Assembly: GCA_963763715.1 (NCBI GenBank)
Contig: CAVXPV010000020.1
Coordinates: 78,124-142,123 of the forward strand
DNA from: an uncultured Solirubrobacterales bacterium
GTDB taxonomy: Bacteria; Actinomycetota; Thermoleophilia; Solirubrobacterales; Solirubrobacteraceae
Length of the DNA: 64,000 nt
Direction of reading: 5' to 3'
Both the position numbers and the translations under genes were made by a program. Positions 19,492-29,751 of the stretch are shown in pieces (positions within the stretch are counted from its first letter, which is position 1; each line of letters begins with the position of its first letter). A model generated the notes under the pieces. That model ran no database searches. It had not been told where the DNA came from and saw only the letters and a program-made list of their open reading frames with translations.

Positions 19492-20634
19492 CTATACGCC
19501 GAGCTCCTGCGATGCCATCCGCGTCCCCTCCAGCCTCGCCGCGATCTTCTGCATGGCCACGTCCCGGGCGAAGTCCGGTGAGCCGTGCGCGGGCTTGAGA
19601 TCCCGGCTGAACGGCGAAAAGCCGCAATCGTCGGTGGCGCCGAGCCGCTGCACGGGAATGTGCTTCGCGGCCAGCACCAGTTCGTCACGCACGTGCTCTG
19701 CGGTCTCCACCTCGGGCGAGAGGGGGTTGATGACACCCATGAAACACATCTGCGCGACGCCGTCGGCGTCGTCCCGGCGGTGTTGGCCACACAGCGCGTA
19801 CACCGTCTCGCGCTCGTCCTCTGACGCGCACTGGATCAGGAAATAGCCCGCGTTCATCTCGAACATGTGTTCGAGCAGGAGCTCATAGGGGACCTCTTTG
19901 GAGTGCACCGAATCGCAGTCCCCGCCGGGGCAGGTGTGGATCCCGATGTTCTGTCGTTCTTCGGCCGAGAACCGAGCGAACAGCCGGTTGTTGAGATCGA
20001 TGAATTCCTGGAGCATGTTCTTGCCCGTCCACGGGTTGCGGGCATCGTTCTTGTTGGCCAGTCGGCCCTCGGTGAAGTCCACCGAGACGCGTACCGCGCC
20101 GGCGGCGAAGCACTGGCGGATGTCCTTCTCGGCCTCGTTGACGCAGTCCTCGAGGAACCGCTCGCGCGGATACCCGTCGATCTCGCCGTCGAGCGGATAC
20201 AGCAGCATCATCATCGACGGTGAGATGACCGCCTGCTTGACCGGGTGCGAGGCGATCGCGCGGTTCTTGGTCACGTACTCGGCGGCGTAGGTCTTGTAGC
20301 GGAACGGGCCCTTGGTGATCCGTGGCAGCTGGCGATGGTGACCGTCGTCGAAGATGGCGAAGAACTGCCCGTCTCCGGCGAGCCCGTCGGCCAGGCCGGT
20401 GCCCGCGAGCGTGTCGGTGAGGTTGTAGGTGGCAAAGCTCGACTCACGCTGCTCACCGTCGGTCACGATCGGCTCGCCAGTCGCCTCCAGGCGCCTGATC
20501 GAATCCTCGGCCGCCTCGTCCTGCGCGGCCTGCAGGTCCGCGAAGGCGATCGTGCCGTCGTCGTACGCGGCATACGCCTCCTGCAGCTTGATCGGGCGCG
20601 GAAGCGAGCCGACGACCTCGGTCGGGATGGGCAT
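19492..20634 (-). CDS. Cobalamin-independent methionine synthase-like protein (single catalytic domain)
   Basis: VVGSLPRP, TDGEQR, Zn ligands GIHTC and DDCGF; GAGAGG RBS. Confidence 0.85.
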   Translation of the reverse strand: MPIPTEVVGSLPRPIKLQEAYAAYDDGTIAFADLQAAQDEAAEDSIRRLEATGEPIVTDGEQRESSFATYNLTDTLAGTGLADGLAGDGQFFAIFDDGHHRQLPRITKGPFRYKTYAAEYVTKNRAIASHPVKQAVISPSMMMLLYPLDGEIDGYPRERFLEDCVNEAEKDIRQCFAAGAVRVSVDFTEGRLANKNDARNPWTGKNMLQEFIDLNNRLFARFSAEERQNIGIHTCPGGDCDSVHSKEVPYELLLEHMFEMNAGYFLIQCASEDERETVYALCGQHRRDDADGVAQMCFMGVINPLSPEVETAEHVRDELVLAAKHIPVQRLGATDDCGFSPFSRDLKPAHGSPDFARDVAMQKIAARLEGTRMASQELGV

Positions 20635-20930
20635 GCGGTGTTCCTCTCTGGCGATTTGCCGGATCGGAAGGTGGTCAGCTTGGCGGCGCGAAAACCCTGC
20701 CGTCAGCCCGCGCCCGGCTGACCCATCTCCCTTGCGCTGACCCTACTACGGGCGCCTCGGCACGGTCAACCGCGCCGCGGGGGCACAGCGGTGCGGGCGC
20801 GAGCCTCCTAGGATCGGCACCGATGAGCTGGCGAACCCGAGAAAGCGAGAGCCGAGATGGCCGCCCGAGCGACGACGTCTGAGACCCCCCTGCAATCAGC
20901 GCGTGACGCGGTGACCGCGACGGTACCGGC

Positions 20931-21866
20931 ATGAGCATCACCGTCGTCGGATCGATCGCCTTTGACGCCGTCGAGACGCCCTTCGGCGTCCGTGAGCGGA
21001 TGCTGGGCGGCGCGGCGACCCATTTTGCGCTCGCCGCGTCGTTCTTCGATCAGGTCCGCGTCGTCGGTCCCGTGGGTGACGACTTCGGTGACGAGGAGCT
21101 GGCCGTGTTGCGCACGCGCGGCACTTCGACCGACGACGTCGAGCATGTGGCCGGCGGGCGCACGTTCTTCTGGAAGGGCAAATACGGCTGGGATCTCGCC
21201 ACCCGCGAGACGCTCGACACCCAGCTCGGCGTGTTCGAGTCCTTCTCGCCCAAGCTGTCCGAGCAGACCCGGGCCTCTGACGTCCTGTTCCTGGCCAACA
21301 TCCAACCCGGACTCCAGCTCGACGTGCGCAACCAGTGCGCCGCCGCACGGTTCGTCGCCCTTGACTCGATGAACCTGTGGATCGACATCGCCCGCGAGGA
21401 GCTGCTGGAGATCATCTCCCGGGTCGACTGCCTGATCCTCAACGACGAGGAGCTCCGCCAGCTCACCGGTAAGCCCAATCTGGTCTCGGCGGCTCGGGCG
21501 ATCCTCACCACCGGACCGACGATCGTGGTCGCCAAGCAGGGCGAGCACGGCGCGGCGCTGATCACCGCCGATCAGTTCTTCGCGCTGCCGGCCTATCCGC
21601 TGGAGACCGTGATCGATCCGACCGGAGCCGGCGACACGTTCGCCGGCGGCTTTGTGGGCTACATCGCGCGCCACCTCGCCTCGGGCCTGAGCACCGATGT
21701 GCTGCGCAGCGCAATGGCCTACGGGACCGCTCTGGCCTCGTTCAACGTGGAGGGATTCGGAACCGAGCAGGTCACTGTGGTGAGCGCCGAGGCCGTCGCC
21801 GAGCGGGTCGCCGAGCTGTGGCAATTCACTCGCTTCGAACACGTCGTCGTGGAGCTGGTCGGGTAG
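20931..21866 (+). CDS. PfkB-family sugar/nucleoside kinase
   Basis: VVGSIAFD, GGAATH, DPTGAGDTFAGG. Confidence 0.92.
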   Translation: MSITVVGSIAFDAVETPFGVRERMLGGAATHFALAASFFDQVRVVGPVGDDFGDEELAVLRTRGTSTDDVEHVAGGRTFFWKGKYGWDLATRETLDTQLGVFESFSPKLSEQTRASDVLFLANIQPGLQLDVRNQCAAARFVALDSMNLWIDIAREELLEIISRVDCLILNDEELRQLTGKPNLVSAARAILTTGPTIVVAKQGEHGAALITADQFFALPAYPLETVIDPTGAGDTFAGGFVGYIARHLASGLSTDVLRSAMAYGTALASFNVEGFGTEQVTVVSAEAVAERVAELWQFTRFEHVVVELVG

Positions 21867-21968
21867 GTGGCCGGCGCCGCTGGTGTGACGGGGCGGCGGA
21901 CGTGGCCAGCTGGGCAGTCCTCCTTGAGCCGGAGTTGACCCGGGCCCCGGTGCGCGTCGCGGTGCTGG

Positions 21969-22343
21969 CTAACCCGCGGTGACCGTGATCTCGCCGTCGT
22001 CGATCCAGTCGGGCGAGTCATAGGTCTCAAACAAACCGGCCAGCCCGCTGGCGTGGAGCGCCTGCTCGATCGCGGAGTTGCCTCGGATGAGGAAGCACCG
22101 CTCGCCGCGGCGTTGGCAGCGATGCGCGGCTCTCACGAGCGCGTGGATCCCGCTCGAGTCCACGAAGGACAGCCCGCGGAGGTCAATGGCGACGATCATC
22201 GGGCGCGTCATCAGCACCGAATCGACTTCCTGAGCGAGGCGGGGCTTGCTGGCAAGGTCGAGCTCGCCGAACACGGCGATGATCGTCATCGCCCCGGCGG
22301 TTGTCCGCTCGATACGAAAGCCGGCGTCGGACCCTGACAACAT
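21969..22343 (-). CDS. STAS-domain anti-sigma factor antagonist
   Basis: GELDLAS and DLRGLSFVDSSG (phosphoacceptor Ser). Confidence 0.85.
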   Translation of the reverse strand: MLSGSDAGFRIERTTAGAMTIIAVFGELDLASKPRLAQEVDSVLMTRPMIVAIDLRGLSFVDSSGIHALVRAAHRCQRRGERCFLIRGNSAIEQALHASGLAGLFETYDSPDWIDDGEITVTAG

Positions 22344-22386
22344 GCGCGCGCACGATACCGGAAAACCAAGTCACGTATCCGAGTGC

Positions 22387-22755
22387 GTGAATCAAGGTGA
22401 CGCGGGACGCCGCGCGTTCGTTAAGATCGCCCGCTTGCCGCCGCCCTTCGCGTTTCTCACCAATCATGGTCTGGCACTGCTCTGCATCGCCGAGGATCCG
22501 CGGATCCGTATGCGCGAGATCGCGGTTCGCCTGCGCATCACCGAGCGCGGCGCTCAGCGCATGGTCGCGGACCTCATCCAGGCCGGCTACGTGAGCAGGA
22601 TCCGTGACGGGCGCCGGAACACCTACACGGTCCGCGGTGACATCCCGATCGCGCTCCCCACCCAGCGCGACATCGATCTCAACGCCCTGCTCGCTGTGCT
22701 GCTGCCTGATCGCTCAAGCGACGAGCGCCGCCAGGAGATGGTCGCGGGTCACTGA
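22387..22755 (+). CDS. Winged-helix DNA-binding protein (MarR/AsnC-like)
   Basis: FLTNHGLALLCIAEDPRIRMREIA..ITERGAQRMVADL..GRRNTY. Start uncertain. Confidence 0.8.
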   Translation: MNQGDAGRRAFVKIARLPPPFAFLTNHGLALLCIAEDPRIRMREIAVRLRITERGAQRMVADLIQAGYVSRIRDGRRNTYTVRGDIPIALPTQRDIDLNALLAVLLPDRSSDERRQEMVAGH

Positions 22756-22925
22756 TTGGGTGGCCGGTGCAGTAGCGCTCCGACGATCCCGGTGCAGAAC
22801 AGGACGAGGATGAGGATCGCGAGGACGTCGAGTCCGGTCAGCCCGTAGCGCGAAATGTCGATCGCCGTGAGGGCCCCGAATCCGGCGATGAAGACGAGGA
22901 CGACGACGAGCAGAATCGTGCGCAT
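22749..22925 (-). CDS. Small two-TM membrane protein
   Basis: MRTILLVVVLVFIAGFGAL...; start overlaps the rhomboid stop (TGATG). Confidence 0.65.
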   Translation of the reverse strand: MRTILLVVVLVFIAGFGALTAIDISRYGLTGLDVLAILILVLFCTGIVGALLHRPPNQ

Positions 22926-23695
22926 CAGCGGGCCGCCATGACTCGGGTGGGCGGCACGGCCTTGCGCCGCGAGGCCAGCCAGCGGATCGTCAGCACCCCG
23001 AACACGAAACCGCCGACGTGCGCGAAGTAGGCCACGCCGCCGGTGCTCGTCGAGGTCAACCCGGTCGCTCCGAACACCGCCTGCTCGGCGAACCACAGTC
23101 CGAGCATGAGCAGCGCCGGGAGTTCGATCACGGTGACGAACAGGATGATGAAGACGAGGCTGAGCACCCGAGCCCGGGGATAGAGGACGATGTAGCCGCC
23201 GAGCACGGCGGCGATCGCCCCCGAAGCGCCGATCGTCGGCGCGATCGAGTTGGGGTCCACCGCCGTCTGCAGCCCGAGAGCCGCGATCCCGCCCAGCACG
23301 TAGAAGCCGAGGAACTTCGCCGGGCCCATCGAGTCCTCGACGTTGTTGCCGAAGATCCACAGAAACAGCAGGTTGCCCGCGATGTGGAGGATCGAGGCAT
23401 GCATGAACATGCTGGTCACGACCGTCTGCCACCACGGCAGTCCGGACACCAACCCGAGCTGACGGCTGCAGGCGAACTCGTTGGTCATCGTCCGCACGAA
23501 TCCGCAGTGCTCGCCCGGGTGCGTCAGCGCGTAGGGGATCGCCCCGTAGCGGTAGATCTCGTGAGCATCGGGCCCGCTGATCAGCGAGCCGCCGTGGGCG
23601 ACCGCGAGCAGGTAGACGATGACGTTGGCGAGGATCAGCGCCACCGTGATCAGCGGGAAGCGATCCGTGGGGATGTTGTCCTTGAGGGGGATCAC
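22925..23695 (-). CDS. Rhomboid-family intramembrane serine protease
   Basis: FMHASILHIAGN, catalytic GASGAI and AHVGGF. Confidence 0.93.
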   Translation of the reverse strand: MIPLKDNIPTDRFPLITVALILANVIVYLLAVAHGGSLISGPDAHEIYRYGAIPYALTHPGEHCGFVRTMTNEFACSRQLGLVSGLPWWQTVVTSMFMHASILHIAGNLLFLWIFGNNVEDSMGPAKFLGFYVLGGIAALGLQTAVDPNSIAPTIGASGAIAAVLGGYIVLYPRARVLSLVFIILFVTVIELPALLMLGLWFAEQAVFGATGLTSTSTGGVAYFAHVGGFVFGVLTIRWLASRRKAVPPTRVMAAR

Positions 23696-23750
23696 GCGTC
23701 TGCGCGGGTCACTCGATTGCCGGCTCGGCCGGGCGCAGCGTCGGCCGCGG

Positions 23751-23839
23751 GCCAGGCTAGTGCAGCGGTCGTCACGACACGCTGGTGAACCCCGTGGGGT
23801 GCATCAGCGCAGCCGGGCGTCGCGCCAGGCTAGTGCAGC
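23751..23839. repeat. 16-bp direct repeat GCCAGGCTAGTGCAGC (23751-23766 and 23824-23839)
   Basis: Identical copies; the second spans the stop codon of the Tim44-like gene. Confidence 0.7.
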
Positions 23840-25236
23840 CCGACCGGCGCGGCCACCGCTGTGATCCGCCACGGTTGGTCGGCATCATCGGTGAGGGACA
23901 GCGTCCAGCGCTCGGTGAAGCTCGTCTGGCGGGAGCGACTGCCCGCCACGACAGCCGTCGTATCACGGTTCTCGATGTAGCGCCGGCCTGACAGGTCGAC
24001 CTCGATGGTCATCGTGGGCGGCTCGTCCGCGGCGTCGAGGGCGACGATCCGGATCCGGTTGACGACCGGGCCGCGGACGACCATCCGCAGCGCACCGCTC
24101 GTGTCTCCGGCGTAGAGCAACTCCCGAGCCGCAGCCGGTGTGGCCACCGCACGCAGGGCAGCGTCGTCGCCGTCGACCGCCAGGGCCCAGCCGTTGACCG
24201 CTCGCCGGGCCGCGATCTCGAGCACGTCAGGCGCGAAACGGCCGTCGGCCAGGCTGAGATCGTTGGCTGCGTTCTGGGCGTCGCCCTCGTACTGCAGGTC
24301 GGCCACTTCGGCGATCTTCGTTCCCTCCGGGACCGCGTCGGCGACGGCGCCCTCCAGCAGCGACTCATCGCGCATCGACGTCTCGTCGCCCCATGGGGTC
24401 GCAACGATCTTCTCATCGAGCGCGTGGGCGCCCTCGGCCCCCTGCTCGATGCTGATCAGCATCCAGTGCCCGTGGCGGCGTCCCAGGGTCCAGAACTCGC
24501 GCATCCGGGTCATCTCGGAGAGCTTGCCGGTGCGCTTGAGGTGGCGCCCGTAGCCGTCGACCACGTAGTCGCGGATCCGCGCGTCGATCTTGACCACGAC
24601 GCGGTCGGTGCTCTCGTTGCCGGTGCGGTGCAGGTTGACGTACTCGATCGTCGGCTCGCCGACGGGCTCGACGTGGTTGGTCCAGCCCCGGCGCCGGAAG
24701 TCATCCAGGCGCCGTTCCCACTCGACGAGCAGCTCGGGGCCGACGAGGCGTGACAGCGCCGCGCGGTCATCGCGGTCCCACGCGGTCTCGATCTCGACGA
24801 ACAGACGCTTGGCGGTCTCGCGGACGTGATCAGGTGCGAACTCCGGATCCTCGTCGGCGGCCTCCGCGGCGGCCAGCTCCACGCGCCGCTCGCGCTTGGA
24901 GGTCTTGCGCGGGCCGGGCGTCTTGGACGCCGCCCGCTCGGCCCAGGTCTCCTGCATCTTGGGGAGGATCCGCGTGATGAAGAAGTAGCCCAGCGCCAGC
25001 GCGATCAGGACCAGGGCCCCGAGGCCGTGCCCGAGCAGCGCGATGTGGAAGAGCAGATCGAGGATGAAATACAGCGCGAAGCCGCTGCCGTGGCCACTGC
25101 TCGAGCCGCCGCCACCGCCTCCACTGAACCCGGCCGAACCGCCACCGGCGCCGGCCAGCGCCACCGGAGCGAGCACGGCCGTCACGACCAGTGCCGCAAG
25201 GGCGGCGATAAGGAGCAGTTTGGCTCGAATTCTCAT
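23830..25236 (-). CDS. Membrane protein with tandem Tim44-like domains
   Basis: Signal peptide, Gly-rich segment, TM, then two repeats (FAPD...; MREFWTL..WML and FTERWTL..WRI). Confidence 0.75.
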   Translation of the reverse strand: MRIRAKLLLIAALAALVVTAVLAPVALAGAGGGSAGFSGGGGGGSSSGHGSGFALYFILDLLFHIALLGHGLGALVLIALALGYFFITRILPKMQETWAERAASKTPGPRKTSKRERRVELAAAEAADEDPEFAPDHVRETAKRLFVEIETAWDRDDRAALSRLVGPELLVEWERRLDDFRRRGWTNHVEPVGEPTIEYVNLHRTGNESTDRVVVKIDARIRDYVVDGYGRHLKRTGKLSEMTRMREFWTLGRRHGHWMLISIEQGAEGAHALDEKIVATPWGDETSMRDESLLEGAVADAVPEGTKIAEVADLQYEGDAQNAANDLSLADGRFAPDVLEIAARRAVNGWALAVDGDDAALRAVATPAAARELLYAGDTSGALRMVVRGPVVNRIRIVALDAADEPPTMTIEVDLSGRRYIENRDTTAVVAGSRSRQTSFTERWTLSLTDDADQPWRITAVAAPVGLH

Positions 25237-26219
25237 GCGGAGACGGCCTCCTTGAGGGGCCCCGCGCCGGGTTGGCGCTGAGCGACATGCTGATCGGCGT
25301 GATAGCTGGAACGCACGAGCGGACCGGCCGCGACGTGGGTGAAGCCGAGCTCGTAGGCGGCGCGTTGCAGCGCCGTGAACTCGTCGGGATGCCAATAGCG
25401 GACGATCGGCAGGTGACGCTCGGTCGGGCGCAGATACTGGCCAACGGTCAGGACCTGGACGTGGCTCTCGCGCAGCTGGCCGAGCGCGTCGACCATCTCC
25501 TGGAACGACTCGCCGAGACCGACCATCAGCCCGGACTTGGTCGTCACCTCGTCACCGCCGTACTCCTTGGCGTTGCGCAGCACCCGGTTGGAGCGCTCCC
25601 AGGTCGAGCCGCGGCGGGCGACGGGATACAGGCGCGGCACGACCTCGACGTTGTGATTGAAGACGTCGGGTCGTTCGGCGATCACCTTGGCCAGCGGCAT
25701 CTCGGCGCCACGGAAGTCCGGGGTGAGAACCTCGATCTGGGTCTCGGGCGACTGGCGGCGGATCTGGCGGATGACGCCAACGAAGGCCGAGGCGCCGTAG
25801 TCGGGGAGATCGTCGCGGTCGACGCTGGTGATGACCGCGTGACGCAGTCCCATCTTCGCGACGCTGCGCGCAACCCGGGCGGGCTCCAGCGGATCGTTCC
25901 AGCTCGGCTTGCCGGTCTTGACGTTGCAGAAGCCACAGCGGCGGGTGCAGGTGTCCCCAAGGATCATGAACGTGGCCGTGCCCCGCTGCCAGCACTCGCC
26001 GATGTTCGGGCACGCCGCCTCCTGGCAGACCGTGTGCAGACCCTCGGACTCGATCATCTCCTGTAGCTCGCGATAGCGCGGGCCACCGGGCGCCGGCACC
26101 TTGAACCACGGCGGCTTGCGTGACTTGTGGGGCAGCACGTCGGCTCCGAGTACGGTGAGCACGTCGGCGATCCCGCCGGGATTGGCGCGCGATCGGGTCT
26201 GATGAGTGCGCTCGGACAT
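25233..26219 (-). CDS. lipA: Lipoyl synthase
   Basis: CQEAACPNIGEC, CTRRCGFC radical-SAM motif and RSSYHA. Confidence 0.97.
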   Translation of the reverse strand: MSERTHQTRSRANPGGIADVLTVLGADVLPHKSRKPPWFKVPAPGGPRYRELQEMIESEGLHTVCQEAACPNIGECWQRGTATFMILGDTCTRRCGFCNVKTGKPSWNDPLEPARVARSVAKMGLRHAVITSVDRDDLPDYGASAFVGVIRQIRRQSPETQIEVLTPDFRGAEMPLAKVIAERPDVFNHNVEVVPRLYPVARRGSTWERSNRVLRNAKEYGGDEVTTKSGLMVGLGESFQEMVDALGQLRESHVQVLTVGQYLRPTERHLPIVRYWHPDEFTALQRAAYELGFTHVAAGPLVRSSYHADQHVAQRQPGAGPLKEAVSA

Positions 26220-26787
26220 GGGGTTAACGGTATCGCGCGCGGGAGCCGGGCCCGGAGGGGGGCGTCGGCGGCTCGCGTTGCGGCCCGCCCGCGCCCTGCC
26301 GCGCCCGGCTGCCGCCCTCCATGCCGCCCGCATCAGCCCGCCCCCGTGGGGTGCTCGACAAAGCCTCTGATCCTCAGACGTCGGCCGACACACACGGTTG
26401 GGGCGGTGATTTGTCGTCGCCTAGCCGTAGTGCTGGCGCGCCAGCCCGCCCCGCCGGGCCTCGAGCGCCCCGTTGGGATCGAACTGGTGAAGATCACGGT
26501 TTATATCCACAGCAGCCTCTCTAGAGAAAGGCCTGAACACCCCGCAAGACACCCCCCGCGATCCGGGCGGCGTCGAGACACTCGCCGAGGTCGGCGCGCT
26601 CGGCGGGGGTGGTGCTTTCGTCGTCGTGCAGAGGGACGAACTGCAGCAGCGCGGGCGCGGTCGAGATGCTGGCGCGCCGTGCGGATCACGTAGCGTCAGC
26701 TGACCGAGGAGCGCGAGCGCCTTCGCGCGCTCCTGACCGATCTGCTGGATGCTCCCCGACCGTGACCCTCCGAGTGACCGGCCAGGG

Positions 26788-27498
26788 TCAGACGGCGCTC
26801 AGCGCGACGCCGATCGCTGCCTCGAGCCGGGCCGGCGTGACGATCCTCTGACGATGACCGAGCGCCTGCACGACCCGGTAGGCGACGCGCTTGCGAAAGC
26901 AACGCATCTGCCCCTCGCCGCGGCCGGTCTCCTTGATCAGCGAGGTCATCGCGACGCCGTCCAGCCCGCAGGGCACGATGAACGAGAAGGGCTGCAGGTC
27001 GTTCTCGACGTTGACCGCGAAGCCGTGTGTCGTCACCCCGCGCGCGACGTGCACGCCGATCGAGGCGATCTTGCGGTCCTCGATCCAGACGCCGGTGTAG
27101 TCGGGGCCGTCCTCGGGCCGCGCCCGGGCCGCGACCCCCTCGTCGGCCAGGGCCGCCACCAGCCCCCGCTCCAGCGTCCGCACGTATCCGACGACGTCGT
27201 CGACTCCGACGATCGGATACCCGACCAGCTGTCCCGGGCCGTGGTAGGTGACCTTGCCCCCGCGGTTGGTCTCGACGATGTCGATGCCCTGCATCCGGTA
27301 CCAGTCCTCGCCCATCGGCAGCTCGCCGACAGCCGAGCGCCGGCCGCGCGTGTAGACCGGCCAGTGCTCGAGCAACAGCATCGTGTCCGGAATCGCCCCG
27401 GCCTGGCGGGCGGCCTGCGCGCGCTCCTGCAGGGCCAGCCCCTCGCGGTACTCGATCGTGCCCAGCGAACAGACCCAGAGCTCAGGAGCGGATGCCAT
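26788..27498 (-). CDS. lipB: Lipoyl(octanoyl) transferase
   Basis: EHWPVYTRGR, RGGKVTYHGPGQLVGY, KIASIG, PCG. Confidence 0.96.
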   Translation of the reverse strand: MASAPELWVCSLGTIEYREGLALQERAQAARQAGAIPDTMLLLEHWPVYTRGRRSAVGELPMGEDWYRMQGIDIVETNRGGKVTYHGPGQLVGYPIVGVDDVVGYVRTLERGLVAALADEGVAARARPEDGPDYTGVWIEDRKIASIGVHVARGVTTHGFAVNVENDLQPFSFIVPCGLDGVAMTSLIKETGRGEGQMRCFRKRVAYRVVQALGHRQRIVTPARLEAAIGVALSAV

Positions 27499-27509
27499 CC
27501 CCTCGGAGA

Positions 27510-28806
27510 TTACGCCCCCTCGAGTTCGCGCTTGACGGCGGCCAGGAACTGAGCTGACAGCACGCCATCGAGCGCGCGGTGATCCCAGCTCAGGCCCAGG
27601 ATCGTCATCGGGCGGATCGCGATCGCATCGTTGCCGGCTGCGTCGGTGACCACCACCGGGCGCTTGACCACCGCCTCGAGATCGAGGATCCCGACCTGCG
27701 GCTGGTTGATGATCGGCGTGGCCATGATCGAGCCGTACTGGCCCGGGTTGGTGATCGTGAAGGTGCCGCCACGGACGTCGTCGGCAGTCAGCTCCCGTGA
27801 GCGCGCGCGCCGGGCGAGCTCACGGATCCGCGCCGCCAGACCCTCCTCGGAGAGTTCGTGCGCGTTGTGGACAACGGGCACGATCAGGCCGTCCTCGCCG
27901 AGCGAGACGGCGATGCCCAGGTTGACCGCGTCGACACGCGTGTAGCGATCGCCCTCCAGCCAGGCATTGAGGGCCGGGTACTCGCGCAGTGCGACGATCG
28001 CTGCCCGAGCCACGAAGGCCAGCGCGGTCACCTTCAGCCGCGCCCGCTCGCGCTCGACCCGGCTCATGTCGACCTCGATCCAGGTCGTGCAGGTGGCCGC
28101 GGTCTCCAGCGAGCGCTTCATGTGCTCGCCGATCTGCCGGCGCATCCGGGACAGGCCGCCGCCCTCGGAGCCGACCCCACCCGGAGCCGCCGCGGGCGGA
28201 TCGGGCCGGTACGGGCTCTCGATGTGCAGCGGTGCCTCGGCCAGCAGGCGACCCCGAGCCGTTGCCGTTGCCGTTGACGAGCGCCAGCACGTCCTGCTTG
28301 CGCACGCGCCCATCCCGGCCGGTCCCGGCCACCGAGTCGAGATCGATCCCGTGTTCGGCGGCGATCCGGCGTGACGACGGGGGAGTAGTGGCGCCCCGCC
28401 CCCGGGCGAGGACGCGGATGAGACGATGGAACGCCCCGGCGCCGGCGGTGCGCTGGGACCCGGCGCCGGCGAATCGAGCCGCAGGCGAATCAGCCGCGGC
28501 GAAGCCGCAGCCGCCGCCCCGCCCTCCGAGCCCGTATCGAGCCGAGCCAGGACGGTGCCGACCTCCACCGTCTCGCCGACCGCGACGAGGATCTCGGTCA
28601 CCGTGCCGGCGGCCGGCGCTGGGACCTCGGTGTCGATCTTGTCGGTCGAGATCTCACAGATCGGTCGCCTCGGCGGCGATCGTGTCGCCGACGGCGACCT
28701 TCCACTCCACGATCGTTCCCTCGGCGACTGACACGCCCATCTGGGGCATGGTCACATCGAGCACATCCGTGGCCGCGCCGGCTCCGCTAGTAGTCGAGGA
28801 GCTCAC
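27510..28806 (-). CDS. Dihydrolipoamide acyltransferase E2 (several frameshifts)
   Basis: Lipoyl domain (MPQMGVSVAEGTI, EISTDKIDTEVP), E3-binding GTGRDGRVRKQDV and catalytic DHRALDG, spread across frames. Confidence 0.88.
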
Positions 28807-29751
28807 GGCACGCCTCCCTCACACGATCGACGCCGGGCAGGACGGCCTGCTCGAGCGGGGCGAGAACGGGATCGGCACGTCAGGCGTGGCGACCCGGACC
28901 ACCGGCCCATCGAGGCTCTCGAAGCCCTTCTCGGCGATCAGCGCTGCGACTTGGGCCCCGGCGGCACAGGTCATGTTCGCCTCGTCGACGATCACGACCT
29001 TCGAGCAGCGTGCCACCGAGTCGAGGATCGCCTCCTCGTCGAGCGGTACGAGCGACCGCAGGTCCAGTACCTCCACTGACGCCCCTTCGAGGTCCTCGGT
29101 CGCCGTCAGCGCGACATCCACCATCGCCCCGTACGCGATCACCACGAGGTCTGAGCCGGGCCGCGCGATCCGGGCGGTGAAAGGTGTCTCCCAGACACCG
29201 TCGGGCACGTCGCCCTTGACCCGCCGGTAAAGGTGCTTGTGCTCCATGAAGCACACCGGATTGGGGTCATGGATGGCGTGGTGCAGCAGCCCCTTGGCGT
29301 CGGCCGCGGTGGACGGGGCGACGACCTTCAGGCCGGGCGAGTGCATGAACAGCGCCTCGGGATTCTGGGAGTGAAACGGGCCGCCCGAGAAGCCGCCGCC
29401 CGACGGCAGCCGGACCACGATCGGCACGGCCAGGCCCTGGCGGTAGTGCATCTTGCCGGCCACGTTGACGAGCTGATCAAAGCCGCAGGAGATGAAGTCC
29501 GCGAACTGCATCTCGCACACCGGCCGCATCCCGACCACCGCGGCGCCGACGGCGCAGCCGATGATCGCGGACTCCGCCAGCGGCGTGTCCATCACCCGGT
29601 CGGTCCCGAACTCCTCCGAGAACCCGTCGGTGACCTTGAAGGCCCCGCCGAACACGCCGATGTCCTCGCCCATCACCAGCACCCGCTCGTCGGCGCGCAG
29701 CTCATCGCGCAGCGCCGAGGAGATCGCCTGCAGGTAGGTCATCGTCGCCAT
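28787..29751 (-). CDS. 2-oxoacid dehydrogenase E1 beta subunit (frameshift near 28860)
   Basis: GEDIGVFGGAF, DTPLAE, EMQFADF, HSQ; corrected end LEQAVLPGVDRVREACRELLDY-stop. Confidence 0.92.

Noticed and set aside
20635-20760. SAM or cobalamin riboswitch upstream of the MetE-like gene
   Set aside because: One hairpin (GTCAGCC...GGCTGAC) is present, but I could not recognise riboswitch consensus elements. An Rfam/Infernal scan would settle it.
26498-26513. DnaA box or replication origin
   Set aside because: Only one imperfect box (ATATCCACA), with no box cluster or dnaA/dnaN context.
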